28,196 nucleotides of DNA, taken from the NCBI GenBank assembly GCA_030295235.1, contig AP026154.1, positions 558,001 to 586,196 of the forward strand, given 5' to 3'. The position numbers were made by a program, and so were the translations under genes. The notes under the pieces are model-generated. The model did not search any database. It was not told where the DNA came from and saw nothing but the letters and a program-made list of their open reading frames with translations. This document shows, one piece after another, positions 20,450 through 28,196 of the stretch. The DNA comes from Fistulifera solaris. Its lineage: Eukaryota. Position 1 is the stretch's first letter; each line of letters starts with the position of its first letter.

Positions 20450-23212
20450 TTACACAACAAATAGTAGACACATTAGCAACCATACAGCACCTCGTCCAAA
20501 CAACACCAATCCGTCTCTTCTTTTCGTAGATGATCCATTTTCCTCACCAGCGCGATCGGATGTCGGCAAAGTTCTTATCAAAATAGTTTCGTCTTCGTTG
20601 TCGGCATTCAATGCCGCTACCACCACGATTTCATCGCTGGATTGCGGAATGGCGACACTCAACAATTCAAATTGATATCCTCCCATCTCATTCGTGACAC
20701 TTCTTTGAATAACCGCGCCATTCATTGTTTCCACACGCACTGTAGCATTGGCAACAAACGCCAAGGACGGTGCGGAACCCATAATCAGACTGGTTCCCAC
20801 GGCACTCAAGCGCTGTTGTAATGTCGTTGGGTCCACAAGTGACGGATTCGTAGTGGTAGTATCAACGGCACCGATGCACGGTGCATTGATCCAAATGGCC
20901 GTCTCTTGCGCGGTAAAACCGAAATCGTCACTCATCAGCGGTGCTGAAGAACTGACTTGATCGGCGATGTAGTTGATCGGCAGATCATTCACCCACGCCA
21001 ATTGACGAAGCGAGCTGTACGAAGCACCATCCATTCGTTCGACATCAATGATATTGCGCATACCGAAACTCGGACCACCCACATTGCTCGTCGTGACACC
21101 GTTGGTGTATTGATTCAAATAATACAGGAGCGCCGCTTTCAATGATTGGCTGTCGGGTAAAAGAAAGGAATCGGTGAAGAACGTCAAAGCGCGACTGGGA
21201 TCGAATACATTGGCCGCTAACTCATTCGATGCTTCCATCACAAATGCTTGCACTTTGGCACCACGATACCAAAACTCCGATACAGCATTAATCGTAGCAT
21301 TCCCTTGGATCACGGGGTCTTGTAAGGCGGATCCCATTGGAACAATCGGTGCATTGACATAAATACCCGATGAAACAGTTTCGGCGTTGCTGGACAACAC
21401 GTTGCCTTCGCTACGATACGTATCGGCGGCGTATCCCGATGGCGGTCGCACATACACAATCTCCATGTAATCCGAATACCTCTCTGCATCAATGTGATGG
21501 TACACAACAATGGGTGCACCAATCATTTGCGACAAATCAGTTGGTGTCACGACATAGAGCGTATTCCAAGGAAGATCCGCTGTCGTCGTTTCAGCTGTAA
21601 TCAAATTTGGTGATGTCTTGGCGGAATACATGTAGAACATGAACATCTGAGTGGGTTGATCATTGTACCAGAGGGAATGTGCCGAAAAAAGTCTTGTTTC
21701 CGGATTGTATCCTAGTTGCGACGGCGTCACGATGCCGTTGCTTGATTGCGATTCATAAATGGTGGGTGGCGCACCGCCAATATAATCATTGACATCCACT
21801 GTACGAAAGACGGTACCATCTGCACGCAAGTACACGACAGCGACTCCGTCTGGAATAGTCGAGCTCAAAACCGTCATTTCATACACACCAAACTGATCCG
21901 TTTGCGTATCGGCCAAGACCGTGCCCTGTGGCGTCAATAATTCAACGGCTATTCCCTCTACGTTTCGAAACGTCCACTCACTTCCCATAATACGAGTCGA
22001 ATTTTGATTCACAGAAACCGATGTCAAGAACGATATGCCGGTGGGTCTTGTCAAAGTATCGTTGCTGGACGCCGAGACAGAACCGACAATGGGAGCATTG
22101 ATGAACCAAGCTATCAACTCCACTTGAAATCCATTCGCGTCAGTCAAATCATTTGCCGACTGCACTTGATCGGCTCTAAAATCCATAGGAACACTCTTGA
22201 CCCAGTTCATTTGCACCAATGGCGAATAGAGTGGATTTGTTCGATCATATGGCACCACATTTCGCATCCCTGCCACACTCGGACCACCATTGTTCACTCC
22301 GGCTGTCACATTTGTAGTATAGGCATTTAGAAAATACAACGGATTGCTTTGTACGCTCCCTGTTACAGCAAATTGAGAATTGATGAGAATTTGCAAACTG
22401 GGGTCGGAGTTCGATTCCGGGCGTGTGTACGCAAAGAATTCGGCTCCGCGCACATCATTCGTTTCCATAACATACATCCAAACATCGACACCCTTATACC
22501 ATGCAATTACTGGATCAATTGGCGCTGTTATTTCTGACTCGTTAATCGTAGTTTGTAGTTTTCTTGTCCGAGTCGTGTTGGTCGTAGCGTCTGTCAAATT
22601 TCTGTCGGCATCCGTCGTGTTCGTATCACCCATACCTGTCGAATTCGTATCCTCCTCTACAATTTGACGTATACGAGGATCTTGTAAACGACTATTGATG
22701 GGAACCAACGGCATATTGACGACAATTCCGGTCGATTGTACGGGTTGTCCACTTTGCAAAACATCCAATTCACTGCGAAACAAATTGGCTTCGTAGTAAT
22801 CCGTCGGTACCGGCACCAGCAGCAACTCAGCAAAATCTGAGTACGAGATGTTGTCTAAATGATGATACGCAAGGATCGGACGTCCCATAACACCTGTCAA
22901 GGCAGTGTCGTTTGTCATCAAATAGATTTTATTCATCGGAACATCATTACTGCCCGACAAGCTCGTGTAGCCTTCTTCATCGCTGTAAACACGGAATCTG
23001 TAATACGATACGACTTGATTGTCAACATATTGCGTTTGTACACGAAACACATTGTTGACGAAATCGTAATCTTCATTTTGAAAACGAATCGGCTCCGTTT
23101 CGTAAGCGGTCAACGGCGTCGTCGTTATCCAGTCGTCCGCGACACCGTTGACGAATGCAGCATATCGCGTGACCAGAAAAAGCTGTAAGAAAAGCGACAG
23201 AAAGTATTTCAT
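20450..23212 (-). CDS. Large secreted, probably GPI- or membrane-anchored protein built from two homologous halves
   Basis: About 920 aa from MKYFLSLFLQLFLV (signal peptide), with a hydrophobic C-terminus AVWLLMCLLFVV. Duplicated blocks include GGPSVAGMRNVV...YSPLVQMNWV versus GGPSFGMRNII...YSSLRQLAWV. Confidence 0.88.
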   Translation of the reverse strand: MKYFLSLFLQLFLVTRYAAFVNGVADDWITTTPLTAYETEPIRFQNEDYDFVNNVFRVQTQYVDNQVVSYYRFRVYSDEEGYTSLSGSNDVPMNKIYLMTNDTALTGVMGRPILAYHHLDNISYSDFAELLLVPVPTDYYEANLFRSELDVLQSGQPVQSTGIVVNMPLVPINSRLQDPRIRQIVEEDTNSTGMGDTNTTDADRNLTDATTNTTRTRKLQTTINESEITAPIDPVIAWYKGVDVWMYVMETNDVRGAEFFAYTRPESNSDPSLQILINSQFAVTGSVQSNPLYFLNAYTTNVTAGVNNGGPSVAGMRNVVPYDRTNPLYSPLVQMNWVKSVPMDFRADQVQSANDLTDANGFQVELIAWFINAPIVGSVSASSNDTLTRPTGISFLTSVSVNQNSTRIMGSEWTFRNVEGIAVELLTPQGTVLADTQTDQFGVYEMTVLSSTIPDGVAVVYLRADGTVFRTVDVNDYIGGAPPTIYESQSSNGIVTPSQLGYNPETRLFSAHSLWYNDQPTQMFMFYMYSAKTSPNLITAETTTADLPWNTLYVVTPTDLSQMIGAPIVVYHHIDAERYSDYMEIVYVRPPSGYAADTYRSEGNVLSSNAETVSSGIYVNAPIVPMGSALQDPVIQGNATINAVSEFWYRGAKVQAFVMEASNELAANVFDPSRALTFFTDSFLLPDSQSLKAALLYYLNQYTNGVTTSNVGGPSFGMRNIIDVERMDGASYSSLRQLAWVNDLPINYIADQVSSSAPLMSDDFGFTAQETAIWINAPCIGAVDTTTTNPSLVDPTTLQQRLSAVGTSLIMGSAPSLAFVANATVRVETMNGAVIQRSVTNEMGGYQFELLSVAIPQSSDEIVVVAALNADNEDETILIRTLPTSDRAGEENGSSTKRRDGLVLFGRGAVWLLMCLLFVV

Positions 23213-23315
23213 TTTGATTTTTTTGATTGTGTAATTGGCAAGTCGAAAGAAAAGGAGTGTCATTCGATTGCCAAGGAACGAATGAGGCTTCGTCGTTTTG
23301 TTTCTCGCGAGTCAA

Positions 23316-23335
23316 GGGGGGGGGGGGGGGGGGGG
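23316..23335 (+). repeat. G20 homopolymer
   Basis: 20 consecutive G about 100 bp upstream of the start of the minus-strand 920-aa gene. Confidence 0.85.
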
Positions 23336-23604
23336 TAGATTGTTTGAGGGGGCCGAGTTGTCGGAATGGCAATCTTCTTTACAATCTGTATCACGCCAAA
23401 GCGTCTAAATATAAAGATAATTACCAGTACCGGTACCTATTCAACGATGAACGATGAGGAGTGAGGAGTTGTGTTTCAAATCCGAGAGTGTTTCGATTTG
23501 CTGCTTAAGTGCAATACCTGGTAAGAATGATACTAAATCAATAATGTACTCCGTATCTTGCAAGAAGGCATCCGTGACTGCAAAGACGTACACAACGGAA
23601 AAGC

Positions 23605-23847
23605 AGGGTTAGGAATTTGGAAATTGGGATATGGAACTTGGAACTTGGAAAAGGAACTTAGAACTAGGTAAAAAGGAAGTAGGAATCAGCAACAACGGAG
23701 TCAGGAAGACGGAATAGAAAACTCAAGAAGAACACCTGCCCATTAGAAAAGACAGGCCCATTTTCCGCCATCCAAGTCATTGCAAGCTTATGTTCCTGCA
23801 AATCAGAATCAGGAATTGTGTTGGCTTCTCACAATATTATCGCGAAA
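23605..23847 (-). repeat. Family A subtelomeric element, proximal copy
   Basis: The first 115 bp or so (AGGGTTAGGAATTTGGAAATTGGGATATGGAACTTGG...GGAATAGAA) match 27334-27454. A 34-bp stub of the same start lies at 23848-23881. Confidence 0.8.
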
Positions 23848-23881
23848 TAGGGTTAGGAATTTGGAAATTGGGATATGGAAC

Positions 23882-24035
23882 GTTAGGGTTAAGGGTTAGG
23901 GTGGAAAAAACGGCTATAGGAAGAAATTGAGCTAGAACTACGAAAACCAGCCTGATGAGACATGTAGGGTGATGGAGAGGATGCAATGAGAATGATGCAA
24001 CCAGGAATACAAGTGGCAGGTTGCACAAGAGAAGA
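23882..24035 (-). mobile_element. Family C (CRE retrotransposon) short 3'-end-only copy
   Basis: Three telomeric units, then TGGAAAAAACGGCTATAGG...GCACAAGAGAAGA, nearly identical to 24381-24514. Confidence 0.88.
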
Positions 24036-24361
24036 TTAGGGTTAGGAATTTGGGAATTGGGATATGGAACATGGAACTTGGAACAAGGAAAGCGTAGAAG
24101 TAGGAAGTAGGAATTAGAGAAGCGGTAACTTAGAAGTAGAAAGTAGGAATTTTAGTAGTGGTAGCATTACATGGAAGTAGGAATCAAAGCAGGAGGAATT
24201 GAGGAAGAAGTGAAGCTAGGAAAAAAGGGGGAATAAGGGGAAGAATAAGAAGGAAAGGGAGACAAGAGGGGATAGGGAATTTAGAGGAATGAGGAACAAT
24301 GAGCACTTGCAAAAACTGTTGTATCTATCAATGTTTTGCTCCTGTAAAAATATATTTGCAC
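24036..24361 (-). repeat. Family B subtelomeric element, copy 1 (shortest)
   Basis: Purine-rich unit TTAGGGTTAGGAATTTGGGAATTGGG...TATATTTGCAC, repeated at 26122 and 26515. Confidence 0.9.
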
Positions 24362-26110
24362 GTTAGGGTTAGGGTTAGGGTGGAAAAAACGGCTATAGGA
24401 AGAAATTAAGCTAGAACTACGAAAACCAGCCTGATAAGACACGTAGGGTGATGGGGAGGATGCAATGAGAATGATGCAACCAGGAAGACAAGTGGCAGGT
24501 TGCACAAGAGAAGAATGGACTCCAGATGGGAGAGCAGCAGCTCTAATAGAGCAAAAGACCTGAGCCATCCCAGGTGGGTCTATCGCGCGGAGGGGCTCCA
24601 TCCCTCAGCGCAGCAGCATGCTGACAGACCGGACCAGTGAGATACTCAGGGCGTGATCGTACAAATCCACACCGCGGTAGAATACGATCGCCCCCACTTT
24701 TTTGGACAGGGCGGCGAGCCAGGGCGTCGCGAGGCGGCCGTGGCTTGCTCACCCATCAACCCATCCACAGAAAAGAGCGAGTGGAGTAAAGTCTAGGTCG
24801 GCGTGCCCTGCAGGGCTCTTCATAGAGGTCCCGCTTCTCACGCTCCTGCTTGGCAAGGACTTTAAAGGGGTCCTGCCCGAATGGGATGGGGCATCGGTGT
24901 CCGTGACTCGGGCGTCGAAGATGGTGGTCTTACCCGGGTCCAGAACCCATGGGTAGAGATGTCTCCACGCAACTCCGAAGCTTCTGCGTCTAAGCCAACA
25001 GCCGGTGTGTCGCGATAGGTGTTGATTTTGTGTTCATCGCGAACCGCACGGGGCTGAAGGCCTGTGCGCAGAGGGACATGACTTCCATTTTCAGGTCATC
25101 ATGTCGCATCGTTACCAGTCCACCCTTCTTGCACGTTTGGGAGTGCGCTGAGAGTGAAGGGTTTGCCACACCATCACAGGTGACTGGTAACGCGGTCACT
25201 GGGAGACCCATTCGGATGCGGGCGCTGTCGCGGAACTCATCGCGGGAAAGGTCCGTACCGTTCAGGGTCTGGGGAAGGACAGAAAGCCAGAGACCCGTGT
25301 GTCTGGCTTTAAGGAGAAGCGGCGAAGTTTCTCGCGGGCCCTCCTACTGACAGATCTGCTGGAGCTGGGCAGCATCTGCAGCCTATCTCTCCCCCTGCAG
25401 TGCAAAGCGCCGGCTCCCTCGCATCGCGACTGGTGTGCCGCAACATTCAAGGGGCTGTTTCGAGAGAAGACTGTCGGCGGATTCCGTGATGGAGAGAGAG
25501 CTGGAGTGATTGTGGGCAGCCGTGGAGGTGGGGTTGAGGATCCCAAGGCCTGCAGACTTAACGCTCAGCTTCGTCAGGAGACGCAGTGCATCTCCTGGCG
25601 CTTCATTCTACGCCGAGGGAGGGAAGGGAATGAACTTCTCCCAGTTTCACGCTCCAATGGGGCAAAGGCTTCACCGCGGTCGGGAAGCACTCTCTGCAAG
25701 TAAAGCCACTCAGCCTGGAGTGACTTGCAGAGGCCAGCATATGCAGTCTGTGGATACTGCATTGCGGCTTTCGCCAAACCACGGACCCCAAAGCACCACG
25801 CATCGATCTGTGGCTTAAGCCACTCCGGCTTGATCAATGGGGCTTCCAATGAATCCTCCCAGGTAGCGAGCTCCTGTGGCATACTGAAAGTGAAATGCCG
25901 CCAAGTTGCGCTGGGCCTGAGCCTGGTGTGCTTGGCGGCAGACCAGGATGCTCTTCCGGTTCGGGGGAAGTAACCACGGTTTGGGGCCAAAGCGCTGCAA
26001 CAAAAGTGTTGCATTCACAATGCCACGGACTGTTCCCGCCATAGCCATGTCATTCGGCATACCAGGGCTGAACAACATCCTTGGTAGCGAATTTGCTTGG
26101 CGAGTGGTGA
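24362..26110 (-). mobile_element. 5'-truncated CRE-clade non-LTR retrotransposon whose 3' end abuts telomeric repeats
   Basis: Minus-strand RT, zinc knuckle and RLE motifs are followed by a 3' UTR of about 160 bp ending in (CCCTAA)3. The 5' end is cut just upstream of YADD. Confidence 0.9.
24543..26100 (-). pseudogene. CRE-type RT / zinc knuckle / restriction-like endonuclease ORF, frameshifted
   Basis: Read across frames: VQPWYADD (1-bp insertion, about 26049-26061), RGYFP..KSILV, TGARYLGGFIG, PQTAYAGL.KSLQAEWLYLQRV, CDG...HSQTCKKGGLVTMRHDDLK, LRGDISTHGFW...TIFDARVTDTDAPS, FTPLALSVDG, SMLLR, WDGSGLLLY*. Confidence 0.9.
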
Positions 26111-26513
26111 TAGGGTGAGGGTTAGGGTTAGGAATTTGGGAATTGGGATATGGAACATGGAACTTGGAACAAGGAAAGCGTAGAAGTAGGAATTAGAGAA
26201 AGCGGTAACTTAGAAGTAGAAAGTAGGAATTTTAGTAGTGGTAACGTACATGGAAGTAGGAATCAAAGCAGGAGGAATTGAGGGAAGAAGTGAAGCTAGG
26301 AAAAAAGGGGGAATAAGGGGAAGAATAAGAAGGAAAGGGAGGCAAGAGGGGATAGGGAATTTAGAGGAATGAGGAACAATGAGCACTTGCAAAAACTGTT
26401 GTATCTATCAATGTTTTGCTCCTGTAAAAATATATTTGCACATTTGGACCCTCTTGCTTCCGTGATTTTTGCTTTCCGGATTGCGTAATGAAAACTGTTT
26501 GTGAAACTGTTGC
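26111..26513 (-). repeat. Family B subtelomeric element, copy 2
   Basis: Same unit as 24036-24361, extended by about 70 bp to GTGAAACTGTTG. Confidence 0.9.
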
Positions 26514-27333
26514 GTTAGGGTTAGGAATTTGGGAATTGGGATATGGAACATGGAACTTGGAACAAGGAAAGCGTAGAAGTAGGAAGTAGGAATTAGAGAA
26601 AGCGGTAACTTAGAAGAAGGAAGTAGGAATTTGAGTAGTGGTAGCATTACATGGAAGTAGGAATCAAAGCAGGAGGAATTGAGGAAGAAGTGAAGCTAGG
26701 AAAAAAGGGGGAATAAGGGGAAGAATAAGAAGGAAAGGGAGACAATAGGGGATAGGGAATTTAGAGGAATGAGGAACAATGAGCACTTGCAAAAACTGTT
26801 GTATCTATCAATGTTTTGCTCCTGTAAAAATATATTTGCACATTTGGACCCTCTTGCTTACGTGATTTTTGCTTTCGGTTAAGTAATAAAAACTGTTTGT
26901 GAAACTGTTGTGTTAGTACCTCTCTTATCTACTTGGCACAATATAAACATTGTTAAACTGTTGTTTTATTACCTCTCTTATCTACTTGGCACAATGAAAA
27001 CATTTGCAGTCACAATCCTTCACGTTTGGGTCAATTTCCACAACCTTAATAAGAGTTGTGCCATCATAGTTGACACCATCCCTATAAGTTGTCTGTGTGT
27101 GGTCATATAGCTTTGTCGTTGCAATGTTTACAATGCATGAGTCATTCTTGTATGCAATCCCCTGCAAGGCATCCAAAACCAGTTTCACGCAGTTGTCGAT
27201 GTCAGGAGCATTTGTGACAAATTTGGGAGCTGTTGGTTTCAACAGCCATTCTTATGATGCTGGTCCAAGTAAGAAATGGGTCTTGGGTCTTGGAAAGTAG
27301 AACTTTCACGGTGATTGAGCATGGATTGCCATT
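26514..27333 (-). mobile_element. Family B subtelomeric element, copy 3 (longest), containing the RusA-like ORF
   Basis: The same unit continues past the ends of copies 1 and 2, with no telomeric linker, directly into the RusA-like coding sequence. It is cut at 27333 by GGGTTAGGG. Confidence 0.8.
26982..27333 (-). pseudogene. rusA: RusA-family Holliday junction resolvase, N-terminally truncated
   Basis: NGNPCSITVK / FYFPRPKTHF...S*EWLLKPTAPKFVTNAPDIDNCVKLVLDALQGIAYKNDSCIV matches the RusA pattern FxFPRPKxH...PDxDNxxKxxxDAL...xD. There is one in-frame TAA (27252-27254) and a 1-bp shift near 27304. Confidence 0.87.
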
Positions 27334-27454
27334 GGGTTAGGGTTAGGAATTTGGAAATTGGGATATGGAACTTGGAACTTGGAAAAAGGAACTTAGAACT
27401 AGGTAAATAGGAAGTAGGAATCAGTAACAAGGGAGTAAGGAAGATGGAATAGAA
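27334..27454 (-). repeat. Family A subtelomeric element, distal copy
   Basis: Matches 23605-23719 with a few substitutions. Confidence 0.85.
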
Positions 27455-27476
27455 GGAAATGTTGGAAATAAGGGAA

Positions 27477-28196
27477 AGGGTTAGGGTTAGGGTTAGGGTT
27501 AGGGTTAGGGTTAGGGTTAGGGTTAGGGTTAGGGTTAGGGTTAGGGTTAGGGTTAGGGTTAGGGTTAGGGTTAGGGTTGGGGTTAGGGTTAGGGTTAGGG
27601 TTAGGGTTAGGGTTAGGGTTGGGGTTAGGGTTAGGGTTAGGGTTAGGGTTGGGGTTGGGGTTAGGGTTAGGGTTAGGGTTAGGGTTAGGGTTAGGGTTAG
27701 GGGTTAGGGTTAGGGTTAGGGTTAGGGTTAGGGTTAGGGTTGGGGTTAGGGTTGGGGTTAGGGTTAGGGTTAGGGTTAGGGTTAGGGTTAGGGTTAGGGT
27801 TAGGGTTAGGGTTAGGAGTTAGGAAGGTTAGGAGTTAGGAGTTAGGAGTTAGGAGTTAGGGTTAGGAGTTAGGGTTAGGAGTTAGGAGTTAGGAGTTAGA
27901 GGTTAGGAGTTAGGAGTTAGGGTTAGGAGTTAGGGTTAGGAGTTAGGAGTTTAGGGTTAGGAGTTAGGAGTTAGGAGTTAGGAGTTAGGAGTTAGGAGTT
28001 AGGGAGTTAGGGTTAGGGTTAGGAGTTAGGGTTAGGGTTAGGGTTAGGGTTAGGAGTTAGGAGTTAGGAGTTAGGAGTTAGGGTTAGGAGTTAGGAGTTA
28101 GAGAAGGGTTAGGGTTAGGGTTAGGGTTAGGGTTAGGGTTAGGGTTAAAGAGTTAGGGTTAGGAGTTAGGGTTAGGGTTAGGGTTAGGGTTAGGAG
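27477..28196 (+). repeat. Telomere: (TTAGGG)n with occasional TTGGGG, then mixed TTAGGAG/TTAGGG from 27812
   Basis: About 720 bp of tandem G-rich repeats running to the end of the window. Confidence 0.98.

Larger units (their letters stand above)
23605..27476 (-). mobile_element. Subtelomeric head-to-tail array of 5'-truncated telomere-anchored elements (8 segments, families A, B, C)
   Basis: Segments start at about 23605, 23848, 23882, 24036, 24362, 26111, 26514 and 27334. Each opens with 1-3 TTAGGG units and a family-specific fixed sequence, and ends at a variable point. Confidence 0.82.

Noticed and set aside
25030..25973. Plus-strand ORFs of 80-134 aa
   Set aside because: Antisense shadows of the GC-rich CRE coding strand.
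26210..26647. Hydrophobic Pro/Leu/Ser-rich minus-strand ORFs (also 23837-24028, 24281-24601, 27239-27430)
   Set aside because: They arise from the pyrimidine-rich strand of the subtelomeric repeats and carry no recognisable motif.
23605..27476. CRISPR-like array (repeat plus variable segments)
   Set aside because: Eukaryotic context, no cas genes, spacers from 34 bp to 1.7 kb and repeated among themselves. Truncated elements explain it.
27459..27822. ORFs encoding (RV)n and (GL)n
   Set aside because: These are translations of the telomeric repeat, not genes.

Overview
Eukaryotic chromosome end, most likely a diatom (bipartite plastid-type signals, diatom-type cyclin, compact genes, TTAGGG telomere at the right end). 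Bases 1-23.3 kb hold housekeeping genes (dihydroxyacetone kinase, cyclin, intron-containing NAA10), several targeted or secreted unknowns, and four paralogues of a small secreted Cys-rich protein resembling a stand-alone PPC domain. A 4.3-kb Mutator-like element (about 230-bp TIRs, 10-bp TSD) carries broken transposase and Ulp1 peptidase frames. From about 23,605 to 27,476 is a head-to-tail array of eight segments. Each begins at 1-3 TTAGGG units and is cut at a variable point toward the chromosome tip. Two segments derive from a CRE-type non-LTR retrotransposon (YADD RT, zinc knuckle, restriction-like endonuclease). Three belong to a second family whose longest copy encodes a RusA-type Holliday-junction resolvase. 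This telomere-anchored CRE plus RusA array is the best candidate for an undescribed system. The telomere changes from TTAGGG to mostly TTAGGAG distally. Single-base indels occur, so some frameshifts may be assembly errors. All family calls are from motif recognition by eye, not database searches.
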